Of a DNA stretch of 64,000 nucleotides, positions 26,906 through 41,050 are shown piece by piece. The stretch spans positions 112,716,001 to 112,780,000 of the forward strand of contig OX597814.1 of NCBI GenBank assembly GCA_951406725.2, given 5' to 3'. The stretch is from Octopus vulgaris. Lineage: Eukaryota. The translations under genes and the position numbers were made by a program. The notes below the pieces were generated by a model that was not told the origin of the DNA, searched no databases, and saw nothing but the letters and a program-made list of their open reading frames with translations. How positions within the stretch are numbered: position 1 is the stretch's first letter; each line of letters opens with the position of its first letter.

Positions 26906-27394
26906 ATATATATATATATACAACGAAAGAAAAGGGCACTAAATATTGGGTTGCCAGATAAATTCGTTTGTTTTGTTTTTGTTTTCGTTTTAGTTTTTCA
27001 TTTATATTCCGATCACATATTTATTTATTTATTTATTGCAGTTATTTACCAAATTTCAAATACGAGAAATAAATTGTGGAGGAAGAATATAGCTGCAAAA
27101 AGTATATAACATACAGTTATAAAAATAATTTCCGCTTAATTCAAATGATATTAACGAAACGAATGAATTTAGTTGACGACCCAATACGTTGTTTGGCTCA
27201 GAGGAAGCTATTAGATGCTGTACAAGTACTCACCTCTGAGTGTACTGCAGCTTATAGTAGAAACAGCTGCAAGCTGCTGAAATTGATTACGTAATACCTG
27301 TCCCCTTGCCATTCATCAATTAATATTACGCTCTATAATTGCCTAACACTTCATTATATTAAATTCTGATAATACGTAAAAGAAATCATATTTT

Positions 27395-27545
27395 ATATAT
27401 AGAGAGAAAGTCAAAACTATTGAAAAGGTTGCAAGACGCAACGAAGATTTTAGAAAAATTAAAATAAGAAATAAGTGGAGATTTTACCAGTGAGTGTGTT
27501 AAATTATTAGGCACTAAAAAAGAATGACTCTCTCCAGACACAACA

Positions 27546-27550
<5 letters not shown>
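27395..27550 (+). mobile_element. interspersed repeat family E (putative Penelope-type terminus)
   Basis: Homologous to about 31330-31560, 51150-51370 and 49795-49910 (minus); contains a hammerhead-like motif. Confidence 0.75.
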
Positions 27551-27622
<72 letters not shown>

Positions 27623-27704
27623 ACAAAGTAGAGTTGTAGGGTACCGCATGAATGGAATTATATACGAAAGAAGGTTTGAAAATGCAATTTTAAAAGATGT
27701 TTAT

Positions 27705-27749
27705 TTACTTTACCGGTTTCACTCTTTGGAAAAAGATTGTCAAAAGTAA
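27705..27749 (-). ncRNA. candidate minimal type I hammerhead ribozyme, U3-A8 variant
   Basis: TTACTT-TTGACAA-TCTTTTTCCAAAGAGT-GAAA-CCGG-TA-AAGTAA: 6-bp stem I, palindromic stem III ACCGGT, GUA site. Confidence 0.65.
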
Positions 27750-28321
27750 CATGTAAAAGTTTGGTTGTGTTAATTATTGGTTGTTACAAAATGCTACATT
27801 ACATATATACAGTCTTTGGTAACAAGAACATGTTAAGGACATAAAATATGTTTAACAAGTTCCTTAAAATATTGGGCACAAAAGATTACAACATAAATAT
27901 ACATTCTCAAGAACATGTTAGAGATAGTTTCCAGAAGGAATTATTAAAAAGTTCAGTGGAATATTGGTATACACGCACAGAATATTATGAGTTCAAAAAG
28001 GTATACATTATAATAGTAGGGAAGCTAAAACTGACCTGTCCACCGGGCCAAAAACAGTAAAAAAAAACACAGTTACAGGGTGATAGAACAAAAAGCAGAG
28101 TTGTATTACTTTAACGCTCAAAAAGAATGAGAGAAGTATTTAACGTTTCGAGTCTACGCCCTTCTACATAAACGATAGATGAATAGAAAAACAATGGAGA
28201 AAAAAATACGTGTCTGAATTCGGCTAATAGACCACATAGTAATCCTCGGGCTGACAAGTGATTAAATATATTCACCTATAATACAGCCTGAAAGGTATCA
28301 CACACATACACACACACACAC

Positions 28322-28364
<43 letters not shown>

Positions 28365-28424
28365 CACACATACACACATACACATACATACATACATACA
28401 TACATACATACATACATACATACA

Positions 28425-28457
<33 letters not shown>

Positions 28458-29224
28458 CTGTAGACACGCATAAACTGAGATAATTGTTATTCACTTCTTT
28501 TTGTTCTTCTTTAAATTGTGTTATATATTAATTTATTTTATCTAAAAATATTTTTTGTTATTACACTCATTAAAATTTCCGTTAGGAATTATATTTGTAT
28601 TTTCAAAACTATAATCAATTATAACTAATATATACTTTAATTATAATGAGAATCATATATAATGTACGAAGTAATGGCCAACAGCCGTGGTGTGTGGCAT
28701 CTACAATGCCAATTAGCTTTCATTTACAACATTTATAATAATCTTTAGCTATAACATACTTCATTTGCAACGATAATCAGCTGTAACATACATTAATATA
28801 ATCGTAAATGCATACCTAATATAAAATTAATTACACCTATTGTCTAACAGAAATCGAAATAGTAACTGAAAGACATATTTGCAATAATTAAAGATTAATT
28901 AAATAATTTTAAGTATCACTAATTTAGCGGAATATCAGCGAAAACGGGAAACAAGTGGCAGCAACGTTTTAAGAACAAGCTGAAACAAATCTGTGACGTA
29001 ATCTTTAATGCAAAGAACACTAATGGAGGTGATGACGCCTGTGGTTCAAATATTGACATAGAACAACTTTAGTAGCAAAATGGTGGTGACTGTAATTTAA
29101 ATGTTGATACACAACAACGTCGAAAACGAGACAACCGTGTCTGTGAATCAATTGTTGATACACAGCAACGTCAATGACTGGGTAGCTGTGATTTAAATGC
29201 TTGTGCACCACAATGTTAATATTA

Positions 29225-29448
29225 GTTTCAAATTTTGGCACAAGGCCAGCAATTTAGAGGTGGTGGTGGTGGTGGGTTTAAATTGATTACATCGACCCCC
29301 GGTGCTCAACTGGTAGTTAGTTTACCGATACCGAAAGGATGAAAGGCTAAGTAAACATTGGCGGAATTTGGACTGAGAATGTAGCGACGGACGAAATGCC
29401 GGTAAGCATTTCACCCGGCGTGCTAACGATTCTGCCAGCTCGTCGCCT
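29225..29448 (-). mobile_element. SINE family B
   Basis: Matches the consensus head, core and GGCCTTGTGCCAAAATTTGAAAC tail. Confidence 0.85.
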
Positions 29449-29530
29449 TTACCAGAAACAAAATATTAACCAGCAAAGGAAGGAATCTTGACCCTATTTC
29501 TCTAACCATTTCAAAATAAAAACCATCAAA

Positions 29531-29744
29531 CGTGGCTTAGTGGTTAGGGTGTTGCACCCATGACCGTAAGATTGCCGTTTCGATTCCTGGGCCGGGTGAC
29601 ACGTTGTGTTCTTGAGCGAAACACTTCGGTTCAACTTGCTCAGGTTTACTCGGCTGGCAAATATGAGCAATCCTGCAACTGACCGATGTCAGTACAAAAT
29701 CCCAAAGCCGGCCTCATGAACCGATGATTCGAGAAGTGCCTTTG

Positions 29745-29748
<4 letters not shown>
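29531..29748 (+). mobile_element. CORE-type SINE, family C2 (diverged)
   Basis: CGTGGCTTAGTGGTTAGGG..TTCGATTCC..GTGTTCTTGAGCGAAACACTT. Confidence 0.75.
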
Positions 29749-29798
<50 letters not shown>

Positions 29799-30796
29799 AC
29801 GTCTGCACAGCGTTATACCTATTAAATTTCCCTCACAACGCAACACTTACCCAAAGTGCTGCGCTGTGGATCGAACTCGATATCATGTGGTAGCGAAGTG
29901 TGCTTCTAGCTATCACAGATTTGTCTGCAGCAACAGGAACCATAAGTATTGCCATTTTTTAAAAAATCACTTTGCCTCAGGAATCTTTGGGTCCATGACA
30001 TAAGTATGTATGACTGTGAAGAAAGAGGAGGAGGAGGAGATGAAGAATGAAGAAGCGTGTGAGAGGTTAAAATAAACAGTGTGATAAAAAAAATGGGGTG
30101 GGTTAAAACAGGATGTAAAGGGTTTAAGAGAAATAAGAAATAAGAAATAAAATAAGGCCTCCCCCCTCTTCGCCCCCACCCACCAACTCCTCTCTCCCGG
30201 ACCGAGTAAGACAGAGAGAAAAACAGATAAGATTTCTTCCCACTAATGTAATAAAGAAGGAGCGACGGACAGAAACTGTCATTAAAGACAATTAGAGGCG
30301 AGTGATAAAGATAAACAGTTGCAGGGAGGAGAGGAGGAGGAGGGAAAGAGGGGGGGGCTAAAGAAAGACAATAAGTTAAATAAGAACGTTGGTAAGTAAA
30401 GTCTTATGGCAATGGAGTGGAAAGTTTGAATGTGGGTGGTAGAGAACGATGATGGTGAAATAAGATGAAAGTCGTCTGAAATGAAAGGATATTTGAGATG
30501 GTCGGAAACGAGACAGGGACATGCATTGTTTTATCAATTTTTTTTCATAGAAAGAGAGGAGGGAGTAGAAGGAGGGAAGAGAATGGGGGAGAGAGAGAGA
30601 GAGTGGGAAGGAGAGGGAAAGGATAGAGTGAGTGAAGGGGAGAGAATGTCCAATGTTCAAGAAAAGATTTGGCGAGATAGAATGCCGGAAAGTATGTAAG
30701 AAAAGAAAAGAAAAGAAAAGAAGAGAAAAGAAGAGACAAGAAAGAAAGAAAGAAAGAAAGAATGAAAGGATGAACGAAAACAAGAAGAAAAAACTA

Positions 30797-31321
30797 TTGG
30801 GTTGTCTGGAAAGTTCGTGCCGATTTTTAAAGGAAAGGAAAAGGTCAATAAATACTTGCCATTACATTTTAATCAACCAAATATAAACCATTTTGTTGCA
30901 CAATGCATCTCCATCTTTCCTTTAACTTGAAAATACCCTCTTCCCAGAATTGAGGTAGTTTCATGGCAAAGAATTCATCAAGGTATCTTTTTACGTCATC
31001 CAAGGAATTGAAATTTTTACCATTAAGACTATTCTGCAGAGACCTGAATAAGTGGAAATCCGAAGGAGCAATATCTAGTGAATATGGAGGGTAGGGTAAC
31101 ACATCCCAGCCGAGCTGCAGCAATTTTTGTCTGTTTCCCAAAGCATCAAGTGCCGAAAATGAACTTTCTTATCTTCCATTTTAAAGGGTTACAAAATTAA
31201 CACAGGTTATAGGAACATAAACCTTTTTCCACGAAAAGATATTTTATGGACTCAACCATGTTCTAAAATAAGTCGAAAGGTAAGCTACTATAAATCGGCA
31301 CAAACTTTCTGGACAACTCAA
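30797..31321 (-). mobile_element. internally deleted mariner element with both TIRs and TA target duplication
   Basis: TIRs TTGGGTTGTCTGGAAAGTTCGTGCCGATTT / AAATCGGCACAAACTTTCTGGACAACTCAA; TA at 30795-30796 and 31322-31323; N-terminus MEDKKVHFRHLML joined to C-terminus GWDVLPYPPYSLDIAPSDFHLF..RWRCIVQQNG. Confidence 0.93.
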
Positions 31322-31329
31322 TAATTTAG

Positions 31330-31560
31330 GAAAACTATCAAAAATAGGGGGTGATTGTGTAGTAACTAAAATACTTGAAATTTAGTAAAAATAAAAAATA
31401 AATGAGTGGAAATCAGACCGGTGAGTGTGTTAAATTAATAAGGCACGAAAAGAGGATGACCCTCCCCAGACACAATAAAATATGCTTCAACACACGAATT
31501 CACATAAAGAACCTTGTAAACCAAATACAAAAATGAAAATAAAATACTTAAAATTTGATG
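31330..31560 (+). mobile_element. repeat family E copy
   Basis: GGTGAGTGTGTTAAATT..AGGCAC..CTCCCCAGA shared with 27490 and 51240. Confidence 0.75.
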
Positions 31561-31724
31561 AAGTTAAATAGTCAGGCATATTCAGTAGTGCTGGTTGCCA
31601 TAAGTATCCAAAGCATAAATTATTAACACAAAACTATAATTCCAAAATTATAATTCCATGTTTAACGGTTCCTGACAAACAATCCAGTTTTCACTGTTTC
31701 CGCTTTCTTGCTCTAAACATATCT

Positions 31725-32003
31725 ATCATCTTTTACTTGTTTCAGTCATTGGATTGCAGCCATGCTGGAGCACTGTCTTGGAGAATGGTTCTAGCTGAAT
31801 GAATTGCCCCTCCACCCCATACTTTATTTTTACACCTATATATATATACGACGGGCTTCTTTCAGTTTCCGCCAACCAAATCCACTCACAAGGCTTTGGT
31901 CGGCCCGAGTCTATAGTAGAAGACACTGGCCCAAGGTGTCGCGCAGTGAGACTGAACCTAGAACCATGTGGTTGGAAAGCAAACCCCTTACCAGGTAGCC
32001 ACA
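31725..32003 (-). mobile_element. SINE family A variant
   Basis: Family A head/core; tail CAGTGCTCCAGCATGGCTGCAATCCAATGACTGAAAC. Confidence 0.85.
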
Positions 32004-32240
32004 TATATTTACGTTGAATTAGAAAAACTGGCAGAATTGACTTTTGTCAAACCATATTATTGACAACTTAAATTTATCTCCCTTGTAGTAGAACTCTTTA
32101 GTTGATTTCTCTCTAGCAACCATTCACTTCATATCCCAAAAATTTCGATGCTGCTCTTATACAATATGGTGACATATCCATTGAATTTGTAACCTTTCTG
32201 ACAGCAGCAAGTCGGTGCTTAATAAGTTCTCGCTTAATGA

Positions 32241-32962
32241 GGCGGCGAGCTGGCAGAAACGTTAGCACGCCGGGCGAAATACGTAGCCGTATTTTGTCTG
32301 CCGTTACGTTCCGAGTTCAAATTCCGCCGAGGTCGACTTTGCCTTTCATCCTCTCGGCGTCGATAAATTAAGTACCAGTTACGCACTGGGGTCGATATAA
32401 TCGACTTAATCCGTTTGTCTGTCCTTGCTTTTCCCCTCTGTGTTTAGCCCCTTGTGGGTAGTAAAGAAATAGGTATTTCGTCTGCCGCTACGTTCTGAGT
32501 TCAAATTCCGCCGAGGTCGACTTTGCCTTTCATCCTTTCGTGGTCGATTAAATAAGTACCAGTTACGCACTGGGGTCGATATAATCGACTTAATCCGTTT
32601 GTCTGTCCTTGTTTGTCTGTCCTTGTTTGTCCTCTCTGTGTTTAGCTCCTTGTGGGTAGTAAAGAAATAGGTATTTCGTCTGTCTTTACGTTCTTAGTTC
32701 AAATTCCGCCGTGGTCGACTTTGCCTTTCATCTTTTCGGGGTCGATAAATTAAGTACCAATTGCGAACTGGGGTCGATCCAATCGACTGGCCCCCTCCCC
32801 CAAAATTTCGGGTCTTGTGTCTAGACTACAACAGAATATTAAAAGGCAGCAAGCTGGCAGAAACGTTAGCACGCCAGACGAGATGCTTCGCAAGTATTTC
32901 GTCTGTTTTTAAGTTTGAGTTCAAATTCCGCCGAGGTCAATTTTGCTTTTCTCCCTTTCAGG
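32241..32962 (+). mobile_element. family B SINE multimer: one full copy, two 5'-truncated units, then a further partial full-head copy
   Basis: Junction GAAATAGGTATTTCGTC at 32466 and 32664; new head at about 32845. Confidence 0.92.
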
Positions 32963-33460
32963 TAATGGTAGTGATGTTCAGGGAAAAAGAAATAGGAAGA
33001 TGGTAGTGACAGTGGTGGTGCTTGTGGTTGTGATGGTTAAAGTGGAGATGGTGATGGCAGTGGTAGTGGTAGGGGGGGCTGCTGCTACAGCTGCTGCTGG
33101 TGGTTGTTGTTGTTGTGGTGGTGGTGGTGGTGGTGGTGGTGGTAACGGTGGTGATGTTCAGGGAAAAGAAATAGGAAGATGGCGGTGGTGGCGCTTGTGG
33201 TTGTGATGGTTATAGTGGTGGAGGTGATAGCAATGGTAGTGGTGGTTGGGTTGCTGCTACTGCTGCTGGTGGTTGTGTTGATGGTGGTGCTGGTGGTTGT
33301 GATGGTTGTAGTGGTGGAGGTGGTGATGATGGTGGTGATGGTATACTGCTGCTGCTGGCTATGTTGGTGCTGGTGGTTGTTGCTGTTGTGGTGGTGGTGG
33401 TGGTGGTGGTCGTCGTCGTCGTTGTTTAGGTTCCTGTGATGATGGTGGTGGTGGGGGCGG
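32960..33460 (+). repeat. (GGT/GTT/GCT)-rich low-complexity region with an about 180-bp duplication
   Basis: GTGATGTTCAGGGAAAA..GAAATAGGAAGATGG occurs at about 32970 and 33150. Confidence 0.85.
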
Positions 33461-33510
33461 GGTTGGTATAAAAAATAAATTGGTCACAACAGGAATAAAT
33501 AAATAAATAA

Positions 33511-33566
<56 letters not shown>

Positions 33567-33862
33567 CAGCATTGAGTCTATGTTATGCGTGTTTGCGTGA
33601 ATCTGATGGTTGTGTGTGTCTGTGGATGTTAAGGAACCACACAAGAATCAATGTGAATTCCTTGGTAAATCTATCAGTGTGAAAGGTATTTAGTTGGGGG
33701 TATTTACCCGGGGTATTAAGCCGGGGATATTCTTTTCTGTAAACATAACAAACCAGAAAATGCAACGGGCGGATCAAACAATGAGCTATTGTGATGGCTT
33801 TAGGCTTTTTAGCTCTGCTTTCTACACACACATACTTATTATACACACACACACATTTATGT

Positions 33863-33923
<61 letters not shown>

Positions 33924-34930
33924 TATATACTGTATATATATATATATATTTATACATAAACGCTCATGTATATATAAACATACAGATAATTGTATATGCA
34001 TGTATTGATATACGTGTGTGTGTGTGTAATTCCATGATCAATATCTAAGTGTGTGTGTATATATTTTATATATATATATATATATACATATATATAATAT
34101 ATTATATATATATATATATATACATATATATAGGATAAGTGTATGTATGTATATATATATATATATATATACATATATACACGCACACACATAATTACAA
34201 AGTGAGAGAGAGATATACACAGACACACAGACGCATATACACAGACAGATACATATTGTATGTATGCATGAACACATGTAAATATATATGTATATATATA
34301 AATATACATATGTATATATATATGTGTGTGTGTAATATATATATATATACATATATAGACATTTGTATACATGTATATACATATAAATGTATATCTGTAT
34401 ACATATATACACATATGTATTATATATATATGTGTGTGTGTGTGCGCGTGCGTGTATGTATGTATATAGGTGTGTATGTATATGCATGCATATATATACA
34501 TATATATGCTTGTATTATAACGTCTGTGTGTAAGTTCAAGAAAGGGTGCGTATTTGCGCATATCTGTGTGTGTGTGTGTGTGTGTAAATGTGTCATCGTT
34601 TTCTGATGTTTCCACGTTCTAATCCTATCTTTTGTTATTATTAGAAACACCTACATTTCATTGTGTAAACTTCTCAATTCCGACGTCTGACCTCACAGAT
34701 CTTTGCCCATCTTTAATGCTTATGTTTTACACTACTGGAGTAGATCTTTAAGAATCTGCACCACTCTCTGTGTGCGCATGCGTGTAAGTATATATGCGCG
34801 TGTGTGTGTACGTATGTCTACATGTATGTGTAAATATATATAAAATATATATATTATTTTTATGTCAAATTATATAGAAAGACAATTATGTATTAAAATG
34901 AAGGATCTCTCAGTACATGGTTATTTACGC

Positions 34931-35267
34931 GTGAAGGCGCATGGGTCAGTGTTTACAGAGTTGAACTCACGATCAAGAGGTAGTGAGGTCGATTCCCAGA
35001 CTGGGCTGTGTGTTGTGTTCTTGAGCAAGACATTTTATTTCACGCTGCTCCCCTTTACTCAGCAGTAGGATTGAGTTGCGAGGTCAATGGTGCCAAGCTG
35101 TATCGGCCCCTTTGCCTTTCCCTTGGATAACATAGGTGCCGTGGAAGGGTGAGACTTCATAGGCAACTGTTGGTCTTCCATAAAGCAACCTTGCCCGAAC
35201 TTATGCCTCGGAGGCGAAATCCCTAGGTCATTCATGACCGAAGGCGGTCATTACTTTTAACCTTTTA
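34931..35267 (+). mobile_element. CORE-type SINE, family C3
   Basis: GTGAAGGCGCATGGGTCAGTG..GTCGATTCC..GTGTTCTTGAGCAAGACATT; 3' half differs from C1. Confidence 0.82.
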
Positions 35268-35713
35268 CGTGTATCACGAAAATGTTGGCAACGACTTCGA
35301 AGTTTCTGCTTATTGACCGTCATCAGACCGTTAGATGACGACGAGTAAGCTGCAACTTCGAAGATAATGTAGACCATTTCCTTATAAGAATTTATGCATA
35401 CATATTTGTATGTATATAAATATACGTAACCTATATAGTACCTGTATAAACATGGGTAATTAATCTCTTTCTCCAAAGATTGATAAAGTTAAAGGATTTT
35501 CGAATCTTATTGGATTCTCACCAGAGGTGTCTACATCAATTTGATTAATTCTAGGGAAATGCACACCTGATCTGTTTATTTATTTAACAATTACAGTAGC
35601 TTCAGATAACTGGTAGCTACTAATTTCTATATCGTAATGTTATCAATTTATTTCATATCAGCTGCCTTTCGACGGGAACCTCAATCCATACAGTATCAAG
35701 GTATGATATAATA

Positions 35714-35930
35714 TGAGTGGGCGCTGAAATGTTCTTGGCTTTGGGTAAAAGAAAATACTAGAGGTTCAGTTAGTTATGATTTTATTCAACATATTCCCCT
35801 CTCGGATTCACACACTAGTTGCAGCGATCCTTCAGTTTTTCTAAGACCTATAAAAGAACTCGGAAGGTTGGGCCTCTAACCAGGCCTCTCACGGCACCCT
35901 TAAAACCAGGAACTTTAAAGCACCCTCTTG
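35714..35930 (-). mobile_element. mariner-derived MITE
   Basis: Imperfect TIRs TGAGTGGGCGCTGAAATGTTCTTGGCTTT / AAAACCAGGAACTTTAAAGCACCCTCTTG flanked by TA; internal KLKDRC..CVNPRGEYVE* resembles a mariner C-terminus. Confidence 0.78.
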
Positions 35931-35966
35931 TAGTACCTATATAAACAGAGGTAATTAAGCTGCTTC

Positions 35967-36007
<41 letters not shown>

Positions 36008-36236
36008 ACGCTCAAAAGTCTTGGTCGCTACTGTGCAATTTCTTTCTCTCAGAAAATCGAAATGGCATGAAACTGAAATCAGGAGAAATCAAAACAGAAA
36101 TATTGTTACATGTGTGTGTAGGTGTATGCATGTTTGTGCATAGACACGCATACATACATACATTCATACATACATATATACATACATACATACATACATA
36201 CATAATTATATACAATTATATTTATATATATACCTA

Positions 36237-36290
<54 letters not shown>

Positions 36291-36316
36291 CATGCATATA
36301 TATATGTGTGTGTATG

Positions 36317-36354
<38 letters not shown>

Positions 36355-36768
36355 AGAAGAAAAAGAAGAAGAAGAAGAAGAAGAAGAAGAAGAAGAAGAT
36401 GATGAAGAAGAAGAAGAAGAAAGAAAGAAAGAAAGAAAAGAAGCTAATGTAAATGTCTCATAAACCTTGGCAAACATTTGAAGAAAGACGAAAAGAGCAA
36501 CACCAACACCAACAACACCAACAACACCACCAACAACAACAACAACACAACCCTTCTCAATGGGTGTGAGGTTTACGGTTGGTTATTTATTTTGAAAATC
36601 ATTCAGCAGTTGTTTTGGTTAGTTACTTGATGGATATCTAACTATCCTCTTTCCTCCGCAGCCTCCATTGCTGTCTCCGCCATCGTCGCCATTATTGTTA
36701 TTGTCGTTGCTCTTCTTCTTCTTCTTCTTCTTCTTCTTCTTCTTCTTCTTCTTCTTCTTCTTCTTCTA

Positions 36769-36816
<48 letters not shown>

Positions 36817-36923
36817 GTACTTGTTTGTTTTTTGCGTTTAAGATTAGCATCACATTTTATCTTGCTTTCATTATTTTTAGAAGTCTCTCTGTAAACTTTG
36901 AAGACAGAGAAAAAGTTGGAAGA

Positions 36924-36984
<61 letters not shown>

Positions 36985-37179
36985 TAATAATAATAATAAT
37001 AATGGCTCTCTACGTGAGGTCCCCACCCCCACCGCCATGAAGAAACGAAAGAAAACTTTATTTTCGTAAAAATAAAAACAATATATGTGAGTGTTTATAC
37101 TGCTCATACATAAAGAGATATGTATATATGTATCTATATATGTGTGTGTCTGTATATATATATATATATAAGTATATAA

Positions 37180-37254
<75 letters not shown>

Positions 37255-37429
37255 TATATATGTATATATATATATATATATATACTTATATATATATATA
37301 TATATATACACACACATACATAAAGAGAGACAGATTTACATATATATATGTGTGTGCGTATGTGAGTATATACAGAGACAATGAGAGAAAGGGAGATAAC
37401 GAAAGAAAGAAAGGAAGAAAGGAAGAAAA

Positions 37430-37469
<40 letters not shown>

Positions 37470-38269
37470 CGGAAAGAAAGAAAAAGGAAAGACGGAAGGA
37501 AGGAAGGAGAGAAAGAAATTAAGGGGTACAAAAAAAAAGAAGGCAGAAAAATGCAAAAAAAAGAAGAAGATATGTGAGTAAGGCGATAAAGACTTTAAGA
37601 AATGATGTGTTTTCATAGCGGATTGAAATGCCTAATAGCCACTTATCGTGTTGGATATTGCGACAGATATTGTAAAACAAACAATTTAAGTTTCTTGGTG
37701 TTGTTGGAAGGAGGCCAGTTCGGGGTGAAATTCGCTGACTAAACACACAGTTTATACGTGGTTACTGCTGTCAATGCTGCTTTTTCGACCTATATGTGGA
37801 AGCTTTTGTATTCATTTCTTTATATGTGTTTTTGCCTTTTTTTTATATAATTTTCATTTTACTTTTCATTACGTCTTAAGTGGTATCATAACTTGTGGGT
37901 CTACCCCCAAGAGGTTTGTTTGTTTGCTTCGATGTTGCCATAATATAAATTCGGTATCATTTAGACGTAAAGCGAAATTTCTGTTACTGTTTCTCTAGAA
38001 TTTTTTAAAACCTGTTAAACAAGAGTCCGAGACTTCCAGCCAGGATCTTTTTTTGTTGTTTTTTTTTGCTATTTTTATATTTTTATTTTCATTTATCTGT
38101 GTATTTATATATTTGAAGAATGACGAAATAACGTAATTGTTTAACCAATTCTTAATGCACGGAGATTGATACACATTCAAAAGAGTTCATAGATACACAC
38201 ACATAAACACACACACACACACACACACACACCTGTATACGTGTATATATATATGTATACATGTGTGTA

Positions 38270-38301
<32 letters not shown>

Positions 38302-38461
38302 AACAGACAGGCAGACGGACAGGCAGATAGACGGCCAGACAGATAAATAAATAAATAAATGAATAGGTAGACAGGGAGGGAGGTAGGGAGAGAGAGAAGC
38401 AGACAGACAGACAGACAAGTTGACACACATGTAGACAGATAGGCAGGCAGACTGACTGACG

Positions 38462-38509
<48 letters not shown>

Positions 38510-38510
38510 T

Positions 38511-38588
<78 letters not shown>
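38462..38588 (+). repeat. (GATA)n microsatellite
   Basis: Seen directly. Confidence 0.98.
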
Positions 38589-38639
38589 GGATGGATGGAT
38601 TGACTGATTGATTGATTGATTTTCTGTATATGTGTTTTC

Positions 38640-38670
<31 letters not shown>

Positions 38671-38675
38671 TACAT

Positions 38676-40280
<1,605 letters not shown>

Positions 40281-40485
40281 TATAATGCAAATAAGAAAAT
40301 GGAGAAACAAATTTAGTTTGTTCATCAACTTTCGGATATTATAATGTTGGATTATTTATTCATTTAACAAAATGAGAACATCAATGGCATACATATATAT
40401 CTTATAATTCAATACATATAAGATATAAGATAACAATACAAATTATAAAAGTCATAATATAAATTAATGAAATCATTAAAATCAC

Positions 40486-40618
40486 TTCTTACAGCTGTTT
40501 CAGCCTATGGCCAAAAGTAGATAATTTTATTTTCATTGCCTACAGGTGTCAACATACTGAGGTTGTAGGCATTTAAAAACAGGATACTTAACATATAACC
40601 ATAGGCCTCGTCAGAGGT
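40486..40618 (-). ncRNA. candidate type I hammerhead ribozyme with extended stem II
   Basis: CTGACGA-GGCCTATGG..(about 90 nt)..CCATAGGCT-GAAA-CAGCTG-TA. Confidence 0.65.
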
Positions 40619-40751
40619 TTTAAGGAACTTTAAAAATATTAATACATTAAACATGATATACGTATTATTTAATATATATTAAAAAAATAAACAGTATATT
40701 GGATAAATGCTATCCCATAGTGGGTTACACTCATAACCCCTATCTTACTTT

Positions 40752-40799
<48 letters not shown>

Positions 40800-41008
40800 A
40801 TTGATGAAGGAAACGGAAGATAGATTTGGCATTATTCTTTCGACGATCATTTTGAATCATCCTGTAACTGTCGGTTATGGGTAGGATTTTGTTAATCTAA
40901 TTGTGTTGCATCAATCTGTGCAGTTTGTGTCACATCAGGTACATACATAAAGAATGGGATTTCCCGCAAGATATACCTAGGCATGTTATTCAAGCTTACT
41001 GTATCTTG

Positions 41009-41050
<42 letters not shown>

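Noticed and set aside
26944-26975. mariner TIR-like TATTGGGTTGCCAGATAAATTCG
   Set aside because: No partner TIR or internal sequence; too short to call.
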